Below, piece after piece: positions 24,805 through 35,297 of a stretch of DNA of 64,000 nt. Origin of the DNA: Lysobacterales bacterium. GTDB taxonomy: Bacteria; Pseudomonadota; Gammaproteobacteria; Xanthomonadales; Rhodanobacteraceae. Where the stretch lies: contig JBBQZR010000028.1 of assembly GCA_038207515.1 (NCBI GenBank), positions 2,308-66,307 on the forward strand, given 5' to 3'. Position 1 is the stretch's first letter, and every line of letters begins with the position of its first letter. Under the pieces are notes generated by a model. That model did not search any database. It worked only from the letters and a program-made list of their open reading frames with translations, and was not told the origin of the DNA. The position numbers and the translations under genes were made by a program.

Positions 24805-25182
24805 GGGTGTGGATTTGTCCCCTACGCGTGCGCCCGCATTTCTCTGTGCGCACTGCTCTACCCGACACGAGATGAGGGACTTCCAACAATTTCGCTGTCG
24901 ATCGCTCCCCGCACCACTAACCAATGGCGCTGGCAATCGCGCCTCAAGGTGAGAGGTTACTCCGTGTCGAGGCAGAGCATGAACCCATCACCTCGCTGGC
25001 GACTTCGCAAAACCAACAGTCCGCTTTTGTGCGTCGCGTCAACCCGAATACACAAACGTGAACAGACCTACCGCCTTCGTCGCAAACAAATTTGCCGCCA
25101 AGTATTGATTTACACGCACACCTTGCGACTACACTCAGACCACCATCAGCGTCACGCGGGCCGCCAACCAGCCCGCAATCAC

Positions 25183-25560
25183 ATGGCAGGGGGCCATATC
25201 GGACGTAGGACCAGCTTCCTTGGCGCCATGGCCAAGGCACTTGCGCGTTCCGTGCGAGAAGCGGAAGCCCAGCGCCGGGCCCGATCCGCCGACCAGATAC
25301 GACGGGAGCGTTTGCCGGCGGCAGAAGCGCGCACAGAGCGGCAGAGATCAGGGCTGCCGATGTCAGGGCGAGAGCCTATGCACTGCATCAGATCGCGCTG
25401 CAAAGCAATCGGAACGCGACCAAGGCAGGGGCAAAAGAGGCCAAACGCGAGGCCCACGAAGATGCTGCCGACGCCGCAGAGCGGCGCACGAAGGAGGTCG
25501 CCGATGAAGTCGACGATCTGAGGAACCTCCTGCCATATACGCTTTCGTCGACGATTGAAT
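25183..25560 (+). pseudogene. Frameshifted, truncated coiled-coil N-terminus resembling that of some restriction endonuclease-domain proteins
   Basis: MAGGHIGRRTSFLGAMAKALARSVREAEAQRRAR..., then in another frame RAADVRARAY...EAKREAHEDAA...EVADEVDDLRNLL..TL. No catalytic domain remains; the family call is from recall only. Confidence 0.3.
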
Positions 25561-25822
25561 CTGCTTCGGCGACGTTCTTATCAATAAGTCAGTGCTGGCC
25601 TCGGCGCTCCGTCGCTGAAAATGTCGACTTACTACGCACTGCGAAAAATTGTCATTCCGACGCCGCCCGCGCTCCTGCAGTCCTACATCGAGGCAATCCG
25701 TGCGCACACTTGCTGGAGAACTGTTAGGCGCAAGCGCAATCACAGAGAGAGGAAGGAACCAAGCTCCGCACGCAACTTAATCCGACGCTGTTAGTTGGGC
25801 CACATTTTCAAACTCGCCACAG

Positions 25823-27283
25823 ATGGAGCAGTCAGTGGATCACGCTGAGATAAACACAATTCGTACTCAGTATCAGGGAGGTCTCTGGCCGCAATTTCTC
25901 CAAATGGCAAAGATTGAGGGGCTTCGCGGCTGGACTGGTCAGTCGGTTGAGTTCAACTTTCCGGTCGTTGCGCTAGTCGGTGAAAACGGAAGCGGAAAGA
26001 GCACTTTAATGAAAGCTGCTGCTTGCGCCTACGACAACAAGGACAAAGATAAACGATTTTATCCCTCATCGTTCTTTGTGGATACGCACTGGGATACCAT
26101 TGAGAAGGTAACCATCGAGTTCCGCATCAAGCGTGGTACAAACGTCGACACCTATCGTATTACTAAGCCTACTAAACGTTGGCGCGTTCCGCAGAATGCA
26201 CCTAAAAGAGATGTCTATCTTCTGGACATCGCGCGAACTTTACCGCTTGATGCCTCCGCAGGGTACGCCAAGATCGCACGATCCGCCGCCGCGGAAGTCG
26301 AAAGCTCGGAGATTGACGACACGTTCCGCGAGAGGCTATCTCATGTACTGGGGCGGAAGTACAGAAAAGCCCGCTTTGCTACATCTGATGTAGACAAAAA
26401 AAGAATGGTGGGCGTACTAGAGCGAGAATGGGGAGAGCTTTCGCAGTTTCACCAGGGCGCCGGCGAGGACGCAACACTCGATTTGTTTCGCACTCTTCAA
26501 GGTCTCCCCAACCACTCTCTTCTGTTGGTCGACGAAGTGGAGGCCTCATTGCATCCGCGTGCTCAGCGGAGGCTCGTGCGATTCCTACTTTGGCTCGCGC
26601 GGCAACGACGAATACAAGTCATCCTCTCTACACATAGCCCATTCGTCTTGGAGGAACTTCCTCAAGAGGCCCGCATTCTCCTTTTGCCAGGACCGCAAGG
26701 GTTAAGCGTTGTTTACGGAATTTCTGCTGATTTTGCGATGAGCAGATTAGATGATGAGGTACACCCTGAGGTCCATGTATTTGTAGAAGATAGAGACGCA
26801 GAAATTTTGCTTCGTGAGATTCTTGCATCCTCTGAAGAAACAAGCCCGCTTCTCAGTCGTATTGCAATCAGTCCAGTGGGGCCAGTTAACGTCGTTTCTA
26901 TGCTCGGAGAACTAGGAAGAAACGGCAAGCTTCCCTATAAATCCATAGCTGTGCTGGACGGCGACTATAAGCACAACGACTGCCTGAATCTTCCGGGAAA
27001 CATAGCCCCTGAGAGAATGGTTTACGCCGATCTTATGGCTGCTGGCTGGCCAAACCTGCCGCAGCGCTTTGGGATTGGTGCAGGTACATTACTCACGGCG
27101 CTGGAAGACGCGATGCTGGAACCTGATCACCATCGGTGGAATGCATTGGTTGGCGACCAGGTTCACAAAAGCTCCGTCAGCGTTTGGGAAGTGCTCGCCA
27201 ATGAGTGGTGCCGATCCTGCCTTGAACTAGCCGACAGGAAAGCAATCGGCGACGCGATCATTGCAGTCGCAAATCCTGTCTAA
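25823..27283 (+). CDS. OLD-like ABC (AAA_21-type) ATPase with C-terminal TOPRIM domain; candidate anti-phage protein
   Basis: Walker A GENGSGKST, Walker B/D-loop LLLVDEVEASLHP, H-loop STHS; TOPRIM VFVED...LDGD; visibly more AT-rich than the flanks. Confidence 0.8.
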   Translation: MEQSVDHAEINTIRTQYQGGLWPQFLQMAKIEGLRGWTGQSVEFNFPVVALVGENGSGKSTLMKAAACAYDNKDKDKRFYPSSFFVDTHWDTIEKVTIEFRIKRGTNVDTYRITKPTKRWRVPQNAPKRDVYLLDIARTLPLDASAGYAKIARSAAAEVESSEIDDTFRERLSHVLGRKYRKARFATSDVDKKRMVGVLEREWGELSQFHQGAGEDATLDLFRTLQGLPNHSLLLVDEVEASLHPRAQRRLVRFLLWLARQRRIQVILSTHSPFVLEELPQEARILLLPGPQGLSVVYGISADFAMSRLDDEVHPEVHVFVEDRDAEILLREILASSEETSPLLSRIAISPVGPVNVVSMLGELGRNGKLPYKSIAVLDGDYKHNDCLNLPGNIAPERMVYADLMAAGWPNLPQRFGIGAGTLLTALEDAMLEPDHHRWNALVGDQVHKSSVSVWEVLANEWCRSCLELADRKAIGDAIIAVANPV

Positions 27284-27396
27284 ACGGACTATTCCGGCCA
27301 ACGAATAACTTTAGAAAACCTTTTGCTAATAAGTAAATGCAGAAAATGACGACGACTAAACGATTTTCGCCGTGTCATTAACGCACTAGAGATGAA

Positions 27397-28566
27397 CTAC
27401 CCTTTACTTGAACCGCCAAAGGCGAAGAATAATTCACTGAATTGTTCTTCGGCTATGTTCGCGGGATTCTCGCCCGGAAAGCGAATGTGTTCTGGCCAGA
27501 CGATCTCACTAGCTTCGAAAGGACCAGCGAACTTTGGGCCCTGCATCCTCAAGTATGTGTAGTCCGCACCTGTATACAAGCAGGTCATCAGAAACGGGAG
27601 TTCAGATTGGCTATGATGAAGGCACTCACGAATCACATGGGCGAAAACAAAGAACACATCTTTGTGCCGCGCCGAAACGATGGTCCGCTCCAAGCCTACG
27701 CCGATGTTAGCCTGTACCTTCTCGCGCTCGTGATTGGCAACTACTAGGGATAGGTGGCCATTTTGAGAAATGTCCAATTGCCAGTCCCCTCCATTGGCAC
27801 GCCATCCATCGATCGTAGGTCGTCCGGACGACGCCTTGAGGTCACAGAATTTGAATTCTCCTACTCGGTCGTACCCTCGCCACACTCTATCAAAGGCCGT
27901 TGATCGGACTTCCCAAGGACGCGGCAAACCGGTTAGTGGCACGGCCTGCAACAAGAAATAGGCGCCGGCACGGCGCGAGGCATTCCAAGCTATTCTGTCG
28001 CGGGCTAGTTGGCGAGCTTTACCCTCAGCGGTAGCCGACGACAATACCGATTCACGAATTTCATGGGTGTCCATTTCGGTCGTGGACTCTGAGTGTCGAA
28101 TATGAAACCCGCGGTAACCTTGAGAAACCACCATGTGAGGCTTCGTAAAGCTCGAGGGGACATACACGATGAGAAAGCAACGTTCGTCTGCGAATTCTAG
28201 AAGTTTGAATCGTAGACCACTGATCTGCGGATCAAGACCTGAGGCGGCAATTTGTTCTACCTGACGAGCAATTTTCTCGTCGACCTTCGTGCCTACCATA
28301 CGTTCTTCTGGTGTCAGCGAAGCTTTCGGTTCCAGAGCACCGAAAACAAGCATTCCCCCCACGGCGTTAGCAAAGCCGCTTATATCCTTGAGAAGCTCCT
28401 TTTTTCCAGCATCGTTCAGGGGTTTCATGTGGAGTTTGTAGTCTAAGTAGACTCCCTCTGGAACTCCTAAGGCCATGAACTCGCGGAAAGTTTCCTCTGT
28501 CAGAAGGCCGACCTCGTTTGACGTTAAATGCATGAAGAGATCCGGAGTAGTTAAGTTAAAAGCCAT
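27397..28566 (-). CDS. Schlafen/AlbA_2-domain protein with uncharacterised C-terminal region; candidate anti-phage protein
   Basis: EGVYLDYK...LLKDISGFANAVGGMLVFG...IVYVP.S..KPHMV....F..R is AlbA_2-like; AT-rich codon usage. Confidence 0.8.
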   Translation of the reverse strand: MAFNLTTPDLFMHLTSNEVGLLTEETFREFMALGVPEGVYLDYKLHMKPLNDAGKKELLKDISGFANAVGGMLVFGALEPKASLTPEERMVGTKVDEKIARQVEQIAASGLDPQISGLRFKLLEFADERCFLIVYVPSSFTKPHMVVSQGYRGFHIRHSESTTEMDTHEIRESVLSSATAEGKARQLARDRIAWNASRRAGAYFLLQAVPLTGLPRPWEVRSTAFDRVWRGYDRVGEFKFCDLKASSGRPTIDGWRANGGDWQLDISQNGHLSLVVANHEREKVQANIGVGLERTIVSARHKDVFFVFAHVIRECLHHSQSELPFLMTCLYTGADYTYLRMQGPKFAGPFEASEIVWPEHIRFPGENPANIAEEQFSELFFAFGGSSKG

Positions 28567-28648
28567 TCAACGATCGCAAGAGCGATCTGACTCGCGCCAC
28601 CATCGACGTTCCGAGGTTGTACCTCGCAAGAATTGCCGCCGCAGGAAC

Positions 28649-28726
28649 GAGGTCAGGTTCACTTTCTACACGATGCCCGAGGCAACAGAAAGCAGCCAGC
28701 AATGCGGTCAGGTTAACTTCTAGAAC
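28649..28726. repeat. Two direct copies of a GGTCAGGTT(C/A)ACTT REP-like motif
   Basis: 28649-28665 GAGGTCAGGTTCACTTT and 28704-28720 GCGGTCAGGTTAACTTC; 28706-28726 is 20/21 identical to 43865-43885. Confidence 0.65.
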
Positions 28727-30232
28727 TTTTTTCGGCGATAGCATGGCCGCCGAAAAGCGTGAAAACCGGCCGCCCCACCAGCGCATTCGCGAAACACTGA
28801 TTCCCACCTCACCACACCCGCCACCCGCTCCGCCGCCGCCACAAACAACGTCGCCTCACCCCCTACCCCAAACGCCTCATACCAAGCCTGCAGATTGCGC
28901 ACCGCGCCATTGACACGGTAGTTGGCCGGTGAGTGGTAGCCCGAATCGATCTCGGCGCGCAGCGCCGCTTCAGTCGTCTGCGTTCGCCACAGTTGCGCCC
29001 AGGCTAGGAAGAAGCGCTGTTCACCGCTGAAGCCGTCGCGCTTGGCCTTGATGTCTATACCGTTCGCCGCGGCGTGCAGGCGGTAGGCGTCCAGCGCGAT
29101 GGTCACGCCGACGAGGTCGGACAGGTTTTCGCCGAGGCTGCGGCGGCCGTCGAGGTGCGCGCCGGGTAGAGGCGCGAAGGCGGAATACTGCGCGACCAGC
29201 ACGTCGGCCTTGGCATCGAACGCGGCGCGTGCGGCGGTCGACCACCCGTCGCGCAGGTTGCCTTTGTCGTCGAAGCGCGAGCCCTCGTCGTCGAAGCCGT
29301 GCGCCATCTCGTGGCCGCGCACCGCGTCGGTCGCGGATTGCCGTATCGGTGTTCAGCACCACCGCGTCGACGGCCGGATAGCCGCTGGCGGCAACGAACT
29401 CGCGCCACGGAAAACCCGGCGCGTAGCGCAGCAGTTCGTCGAAGGACATCGGGTGATAGTTCAGCCGTCTGTCGCGCAACTGCTGCGGCTTCCACTGCAG
29501 CGCGGCGAGTTTGCCTTCCAGCGCAAGGATGGCGGCGGCGCGCGCAGCGCCGTCGGCGATGCCGGCGCGGGCCAGAGTCTGCGCGATGTAGGCCGCATAG
29601 GCGGTCCGCTGAGGCGCGTATTGCTCGCTCGCGGTGTCGTAGTAGCGCGCGTCCGGCAGGCCGACGATGCGCTTGCCGGCGGCCTGCTGGTCGAGGTGCA
29701 GCCGGCTGCGGCGTGTGTCGCCGGCATCGAGGAAGACGTAGCGCGCGGCAATGGTGTTGGAGAGCGGATGCGCCATCCGCTGCGCGACCTGGACGTGCGT
29801 CGTGATCGCGAGAATCGCATCCAGGTCGGCACGGACCGGCGCAAGGCCGGCCTTGTCGATCGCGTCCAGATCGACGTAGCTGCGATAGAGATCAGATAGC
29901 CTGCTTTTGCCCGCGCCCTGCCCCGCCGCATCGTGGACGATCGCGCGGATGCGCGCTTCGGTGCGCAGGAACATGGCATTCATTTCGCCGTATTGCGCAT
30001 AGCCCGCCGGCCGCGCGGTATCGTGCAGCCAGCCCGCATTGACGAATTCGTAGAAATCGTCGCCGGGCTTGACCGTGGCACTGAGGTGGGCCAGGTCGAC
30101 GCCCCAGCCGCCCGCCGACGGTTTTTCCAGCGCCAGCGCGCGACGCGTGGCAACGGCAAGCGGCAACAGCGCGAGGCCTGCGCACAGGCGCCGCTGGGCG
30201 CGATTGCAGTCCGGCGATTGGGGAACGGTCAT
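28720..30232 (-). pseudogene. M13 (neprilysin-like) metallopeptidase with internal deletion and frameshift
   Basis: N-half (PGDDFYEFVNAGWL, GLPDARYY) breaks at NTDTAIR near 29335 and resumes out of frame at GHEMAHGFDD...GENLSD...HSPANYRVNG; the middle part of the protein is missing. Confidence 0.85.
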
Positions 30233-30611
30233 GGGCACACTCCTGCGGATGGCCTCGGCAACCGCTCGCGCGCACCGTAGCCGGTGAATGCGAACGAACA
30301 CGCGGCGGCGTCGGTGGACGGGGCGAGTAGAGCCGGGATGCCGTGCGGCGACGAAGGGCCGCGGCGCACGATTGCGGCAGCTACGCGCGTCGCTTCACGC
30401 CAATCGCGCTTCGGACGGACCGAACGCCCCCCAAAGGCAAACCTGACTCCGTAAGCCGTTTTTCTCCGCATTCCGAGGCCCAGCGTGGAGCCCGCTTCGC
30501 CAGAGCCCGTTTGCCGCGGAGTTCGTCGGCTTGCGCCGCGTTAAATTTGCAGACGGGATTTGCGCATTGGCCGAGCCATGCGACGGGACCGCCCGCGCTG
30601 GTATCGACCAC

Positions 30612-30689
30612 CTGCCCGACGAACCAATGGTTGCGACACTGTCGCAACTATTCAGCTGGTCGCACTTCGTCGCACTGATCAAGATCGAC
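30612..30689 (+). pseudogene. Tiny remnant resembling YhcG/DUF1016 N-terminal domain
   Basis: LPDEPMVATLSQLFSWSHFVALIKID matches the conserved VATLSxxLSWSHFxxL segment; flanks are not homologous. Confidence 0.45.
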
Positions 30690-31093
30690 GGCGTGTTCGA
30701 CGCCGCCGTCATCAGGAAGCCGGATCAGCCCACTTTCGTACTGCCCGGCACCAGCACGCCGACCTTGGTGCGGGTCCGGTGCGTCCGGCAAGCGCCAGCA
30801 CGGGGTCAGGTCAAATTCCTGAGCATGGCAAATAAGCTCGCCTGACCCTGCTTTCCGCCGCTTGCGAACCGGATGGGCCGGCGGCATTCATGCTTGTCCA
30901 CCGAGACGTTCGCCAACCTTCCTGGCTGCTGCAGATTGACGCTGCGACCGGTTCGCTTCGCTGGATACGCCAGCGCATGCCGCGAGATCGTCGGCTATCG
31001 GTCTACTATGCGATCCTGTTTCGCGGCCAAGAACGACAGAACGCAGCGGACCGTCGTTCGCACCAGCAATGAAGGTATTTGACGATGCACACA

Positions 31094-33904
31094 ATGAAAG
31101 CTCGACTCCAGCAATGGGCGCTTCTCCTGTTCGCGCTCGCTGGCGCGGCGAGCGCTGGCGCGGGCTGGCAGCACGACTGGAACGAAACTGGCCCCGCTTT
31201 CAGCCTGGACGTCGTCGATCGTCTCGAGATCGCGGGCACCGCGAACGGTTCGGCGCTGATCGGATCGTTGGATGGATACGAATACCGCCTGTCGCACGTT
31301 CGCGGCGATGGCAGCATCGCCTGGCACGCCGCCGTGCCGTCCTCGGAATGGATACCGTCGCGCGTTTCGCCTGAGCCCGATGGCGCGGCCGTCCTGCTGT
31401 TGACGGGGCCGAGCTATTCCAGCATCGCCCGCTTCGATGCGTCCGGCGCGCTGCAGTGGAGTTCTGCGCTGCAGGGCACGCACTTTGCTGTCGGCGCGGA
31501 CCGGATTGCCGCCCTGTCGGTAGCAAGCCTCCGACCTGCCCTCGTCACGGCGATCGACCGGTACAGCGGGCAATGGCGCTGGCAAAGCACCATTCCCGGC
31601 CTTTACGGCAGCGGATTCGAGGAATCGCCGCTGGCCGTCGACAGTGACGGCAGCACCTATGTCAGTGGTCGCGGTAGCAGTGGCGAATCGCTGCTCGCCA
31701 AGCTGGATCCGCAAGGCGCCCTGCGATGGCTCAGGCGCGTCGCGGCCTCGCAGGTAGTTTCCGTGCGCGACGGCCGCGTCTACGTGGCGGGTTCTTCCGC
31801 GCTGCAGGTGCTGAATCCGGCCGATGGTCAGACGCTTTGGCACATCGACGAGTGCGGGGCCTACCAGGGCGAACTGTCGTTCGTTGCGGCCGATCCGCTG
31901 TGCGTCTCCGCCACGACGCTCAGCCGGCGTTCGGCAGCCAGCGGCGCCGAGGTCTGGCACCGCGACATCGCCGGCAACGTGCTGGGTGTATTCGGCGACG
32001 ATGTATACATTGGTTCAGATCCGGTCTCGTTCCCGGCTGCCGACGGCATGCTGCAGCGTCTGGCCGGCAGCGATGGCGCACTGCAGTGGCAGCAGACGAT
32101 GCCGTTCCCCCTGCGTGGCCGCATCTGGCAGGTATCGGACGATCTGATCGGCATCGCCTGCGCCACGCCGACAACGGATGCCGTTGCGCTGCACCGCTAT
32201 CGCATGCAGGACGGCGGTCTGTCCGACATCCGCAGTGTGGCCGATGTGCCGCGCGGTGTCAGGGATGCGGGCGAGACGTATGGCGGCGCCGACCTCTTCG
32301 TGCTCGGCCAGGCACCGTGGAAAGCACTGCCGGCGCGCGTGCGGCGCCTGGCAACCGACAGCGGCAGTGTGTTGTGGGAAAACGCCACGACGCAGCGCAG
32401 CACTTTCCCGGGCCTTGCGCTGACGCCCAACCGGCTGCTGCTGGCTGAGATGGACGAGCTGAGCAATGCGGTCGTTCGCAGTCTCGACCGGGCAAGCGGG
32501 GCGTTGCGTTGGGAGCGACGCATCACCGAAGGCCGGACGTACAGCTCGCGCAGCAAGCCGCCGCGTATTGTTGGCCTTGGCGGCGACGACGCGCTCGTCA
32601 GCTTTGGCTACGTTGATTTGGAAGGCCCGTCGTTCTTGCACCGCCTGCAGGAGCTGCAGCGGCTCGATGACGCCGCCGGTGATGTCGTATGGAGACAGCA
32701 GGTCAACGAGTGGGTCTATCCGTCCGTGTCCACGCCATGGACGGAACCTGCGCTGTTCGGCATCGGCGAGGACGTACTGCTCTGGGCTGCCGTTGGCGCG
32801 TCCGCTCCGCCGGTCATGGGTTTGCAGCGGCGCTTCGGCAGTGACGGCGCGCCGGATTTCGTCGTAGCCGCAGCACCGCTTTCCGAAATGACGCGCCTGT
32901 CCGTCGCCGCGGACGCGGTATTCGCCATGACACGGCTAGACGGGGACACCCTGCGCCTGGTGAAGTACAGCGCATCATCCGGCGCGCTACTGTGGCAGTT
33001 CGACTATCCCAGGGCATCGTGGCCCGAGGTGCTGATCCTTGACCTGCTGCCGCTGGCCGACGGGGACGTCCTGGTGTTGCTGCACCTGTACCACCCGACG
33101 GCGACCGGAGCACGGGCGACCCACCTGCTGCGCGTCAACGGCGACGGCAGCGGACTGCGCTATGTCTACCGCACGCGCATGCAGGGCAAGACGCGTGACC
33201 TCATGACCCGTGTCGTCCTCGCCCCCAACGGCGAAGCATTGTTGGGGCGGCAGCTTTACTACGACCGCCGCGGCATTGATTTCCTGCAGCGTTTCGATCT
33301 GGAACAGGGGAGCGTGATCGGCTCGCAGGCGCTCGGCCTGCGCGGCGTCGATCCGTTCGCGCAGCGCTCGGCCTGGGGCAGCACCTTTATCCCCCACGGC
33401 GACGGCGTGCTGATTTCCGGCACCGCGCTGCGCTCACCGCTGCCACCAACCCGGCGTACTGCGCTGCTCGACCTGGGTGTCGAACAGCGCGGCGACCTGG
33501 CACTGCAGGTGCGGGCTTTTCCCGTCGGTATCGCCCCGGGCGACAGCGTGCCGTTTGCGGTGGGCGTCCGCTATACCGGCGATACCGCGGTCACGGACGC
33601 CACGCTGATCGTGGAATTGCCCTGGCAAAGCGGCGAAAGCGGCTTGAGCTGCAGTGGCACCGGCGTCGATCGCTGCGAGCTGCAGGTTCGCCACGGCCAG
33701 ATCGTCGCGCGTTTCGACGCAACACCTGGCGCGCAACTCGAACTGGTCGGCACCGTGCGCATGCTGGCCGTGCCCACATTGGACAAAAGCGTACTACGCG
33801 CCGTCGTGCATGCGCCGACCGGGTTGCTGGAAAGCGACGTGCACAACAACTTCCGCAGCGTTCCCGTGGAAGGGCCGATCTTTGCCGATGGCTTCGACGG
33901 ATAA
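31094..33904 (+). CDS. Large secreted PQQ-like beta-propeller repeat protein with DUF11-like Ig domain and C-terminal IFADGFD motif
   Basis: Signal peptide; many D..SG...W repeats; DLALQV...PGDSVPFAVGVRY; ends PIFADGFDG. Confidence 0.8.
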   Translation: MKARLQQWALLLFALAGAASAGAGWQHDWNETGPAFSLDVVDRLEIAGTANGSALIGSLDGYEYRLSHVRGDGSIAWHAAVPSSEWIPSRVSPEPDGAAVLLLTGPSYSSIARFDASGALQWSSALQGTHFAVGADRIAALSVASLRPALVTAIDRYSGQWRWQSTIPGLYGSGFEESPLAVDSDGSTYVSGRGSSGESLLAKLDPQGALRWLRRVAASQVVSVRDGRVYVAGSSALQVLNPADGQTLWHIDECGAYQGELSFVAADPLCVSATTLSRRSAASGAEVWHRDIAGNVLGVFGDDVYIGSDPVSFPAADGMLQRLAGSDGALQWQQTMPFPLRGRIWQVSDDLIGIACATPTTDAVALHRYRMQDGGLSDIRSVADVPRGVRDAGETYGGADLFVLGQAPWKALPARVRRLATDSGSVLWENATTQRSTFPGLALTPNRLLLAEMDELSNAVVRSLDRASGALRWERRITEGRTYSSRSKPPRIVGLGGDDALVSFGYVDLEGPSFLHRLQELQRLDDAAGDVVWRQQVNEWVYPSVSTPWTEPALFGIGEDVLLWAAVGASAPPVMGLQRRFGSDGAPDFVVAAAPLSEMTRLSVAADAVFAMTRLDGDTLRLVKYSASSGALLWQFDYPRASWPEVLILDLLPLADGDVLVLLHLYHPTATGARATHLLRVNGDGSGLRYVYRTRMQGKTRDLMTRVVLAPNGEALLGRQLYYDRRGIDFLQRFDLEQGSVIGSQALGLRGVDPFAQRSAWGSTFIPHGDGVLISGTALRSPLPPTRRTALLDLGVEQRGDLALQVRAFPVGIAPGDSVPFAVGVRYTGDTAVTDATLIVELPWQSGESGLSCSGTGVDRCELQVRHGQIVARFDATPGAQLELVGTVRMLAVPTLDKSVLRAVVHAPTGLLESDVHNNFRSVPVEGPIFADGFDG

Positions 33905-34007
33905 AGGTAACGGGACCCGGTTCGAATGGCGCTTCCTTTAGGCGCTTCTCGTAGGGCGAGCGGTCGAAACCTTTCTCGCTTTCCTCGAAGACCGACGACA
34001 AACCACC

Positions 34008-34988
34008 TCAACGCGCCACCGTCGTCGTCGCGCGGAACTGCCTCGGGCTGGCACCGGCAGTCTTGCGCATGAGCCGCCGCAGCGCCGTTGCGTCGCGGTA
34101 GCCGACTTCGCTCGCGATCTGCTCGACCGTCATGCGGCTGTTCTCGAGCAAGGTACGCGCGCGCCGCAGCTTCACGCTCTGCACGAGGCCGCTGGTGCTC
34201 TTGCCCGTTGCGCGGCGCACGTGGCGGCTCAGGGTTTTCTCGGACACGCAGAGCTCGCGCGCGAGTTGTGAGATCGGTGGGACGTCGGGCAGCGACTTTT
34301 CCAGCCGCGCGGTGAGCTGCGCGACCAAGGCGTGGCCGCCGGCAAGCACTTCGGGCACGACGAACGGGGATTGCGACTGGCGGTGTTCAAGCAGCAGCAT
34401 GCGCGCGACGGTTTCACTGAGGGCCGGCCCGCACCGTTCGCGCAGCAGGTGCAGCATCAGATCCGCGTGCGCGAACGCCGCGCCGGCCGTGACCACCTGG
34501 CCGTCCGCGCAGACCATGCGCGCCGCGTCGACGGTGCAGTCCGGCGCCAGACGCGCGAGCGCCGGCGCGAGCCACCAGGTTGTCGTCGCGCGCCGTCCGA
34601 CGAGCAGTCCGGCGGCGTGCAGCACGAAGACTGCGGAACACGATGCGGCCACCTGCCCGCCGCGTTCTACCTGAGCCACGAGGCGCCGCGCGGTCGCTCG
34701 GCCATCGGGCGAGGCCATGCGTAGCGCGATGACGTCGGGGTCGGCGCCGAGTCCCGGAATCACGAGCGTGGACCGCGTGCCGTGCCGCCGCGGTGGCAGC
34801 GCGCGTGTTTCGACGCTGATGCCGTCCCGCAACGGCACGCAGCCGCCGGCCAGCGAATACAGACCCCAGGTCGGCACGGCAATCCCCATCTTCGCCGCGA
34901 TGTGTGCTGCGGCATCAAGGATGTCCCGGCTCATGGCGACACTGCTCGGGTAGGCGCCGTCGATGATGAAAACCTCGAAATCCTTCAT
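34008..34988 (-). CDS. GlxA-family AraC regulator (DJ-1/PfpI + HTH)
   Basis: AASCSAVFVL...GLL.GRRATTTWW, LARELCVSEKTLSR, IASEVGYRDATALRRL. Confidence 0.92.
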   Translation of the reverse strand: MKDFEVFIIDGAYPSSVAMSRDILDAAAHIAAKMGIAVPTWGLYSLAGGCVPLRDGISVETRALPPRRHGTRSTLVIPGLGADPDVIALRMASPDGRATARRLVAQVERGGQVAASCSAVFVLHAAGLLVGRRATTTWWLAPALARLAPDCTVDAARMVCADGQVVTAGAAFAHADLMLHLLRERCGPALSETVARMLLLEHRQSQSPFVVPEVLAGGHALVAQLTARLEKSLPDVPPISQLARELCVSEKTLSRHVRRATGKSTSGLVQSVKLRRARTLLENSRMTVEQIASEVGYRDATALRRLMRKTAGASPRQFRATTTVAR

Positions 34989-35197
34989 GTCGGTTTTGGC
35001 CTGGAAGACGTCCCATTGGACACTGGGCTCGCGGCGCTGTCGAGGCTGTAATGTCCTGCACGACGACGGTACGGATGCCATGAGCTGTTGCGGACGCTGT
35101 GTGCGATCCGCTTGCGCGGCGCGGGGCGCGTGGGCATCGGCATTTCGATAGTTTGGCGTCCAGCGAGATGTCTACCAACGGGCACCCGTCGTGGAAG

Positions 35198-35233
35198 CCC
35201 TCCCCTTCAAGGGGAGGGTTGGGTGGGGATGGG
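35198..35233. repeat. REP-like palindrome CCCTCCCCT-TCA-AGGGGAGGG plus G-rich tail
   Basis: 9-bp stem at 35198-35218 followed by TTGGGTGGGGATGGG, in the divergent AraC/hydrolase intergenic region. Confidence 0.6.
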
Positions 35234-35297
35234 GTTGATGTTGCCTCTTCGGGCAATTCGCGCTTCTGCTGGTTGATCGCTCTCTCCGGAGCAGACC

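Noticed and set aside
25715-25800. GTTAGGC / GTTAG motifs upstream of the OLD-like gene as integron attC sites
   Set aside because: No matching RYYYAAC inverse core or imperfect palindrome, and no integron integrase in the window.
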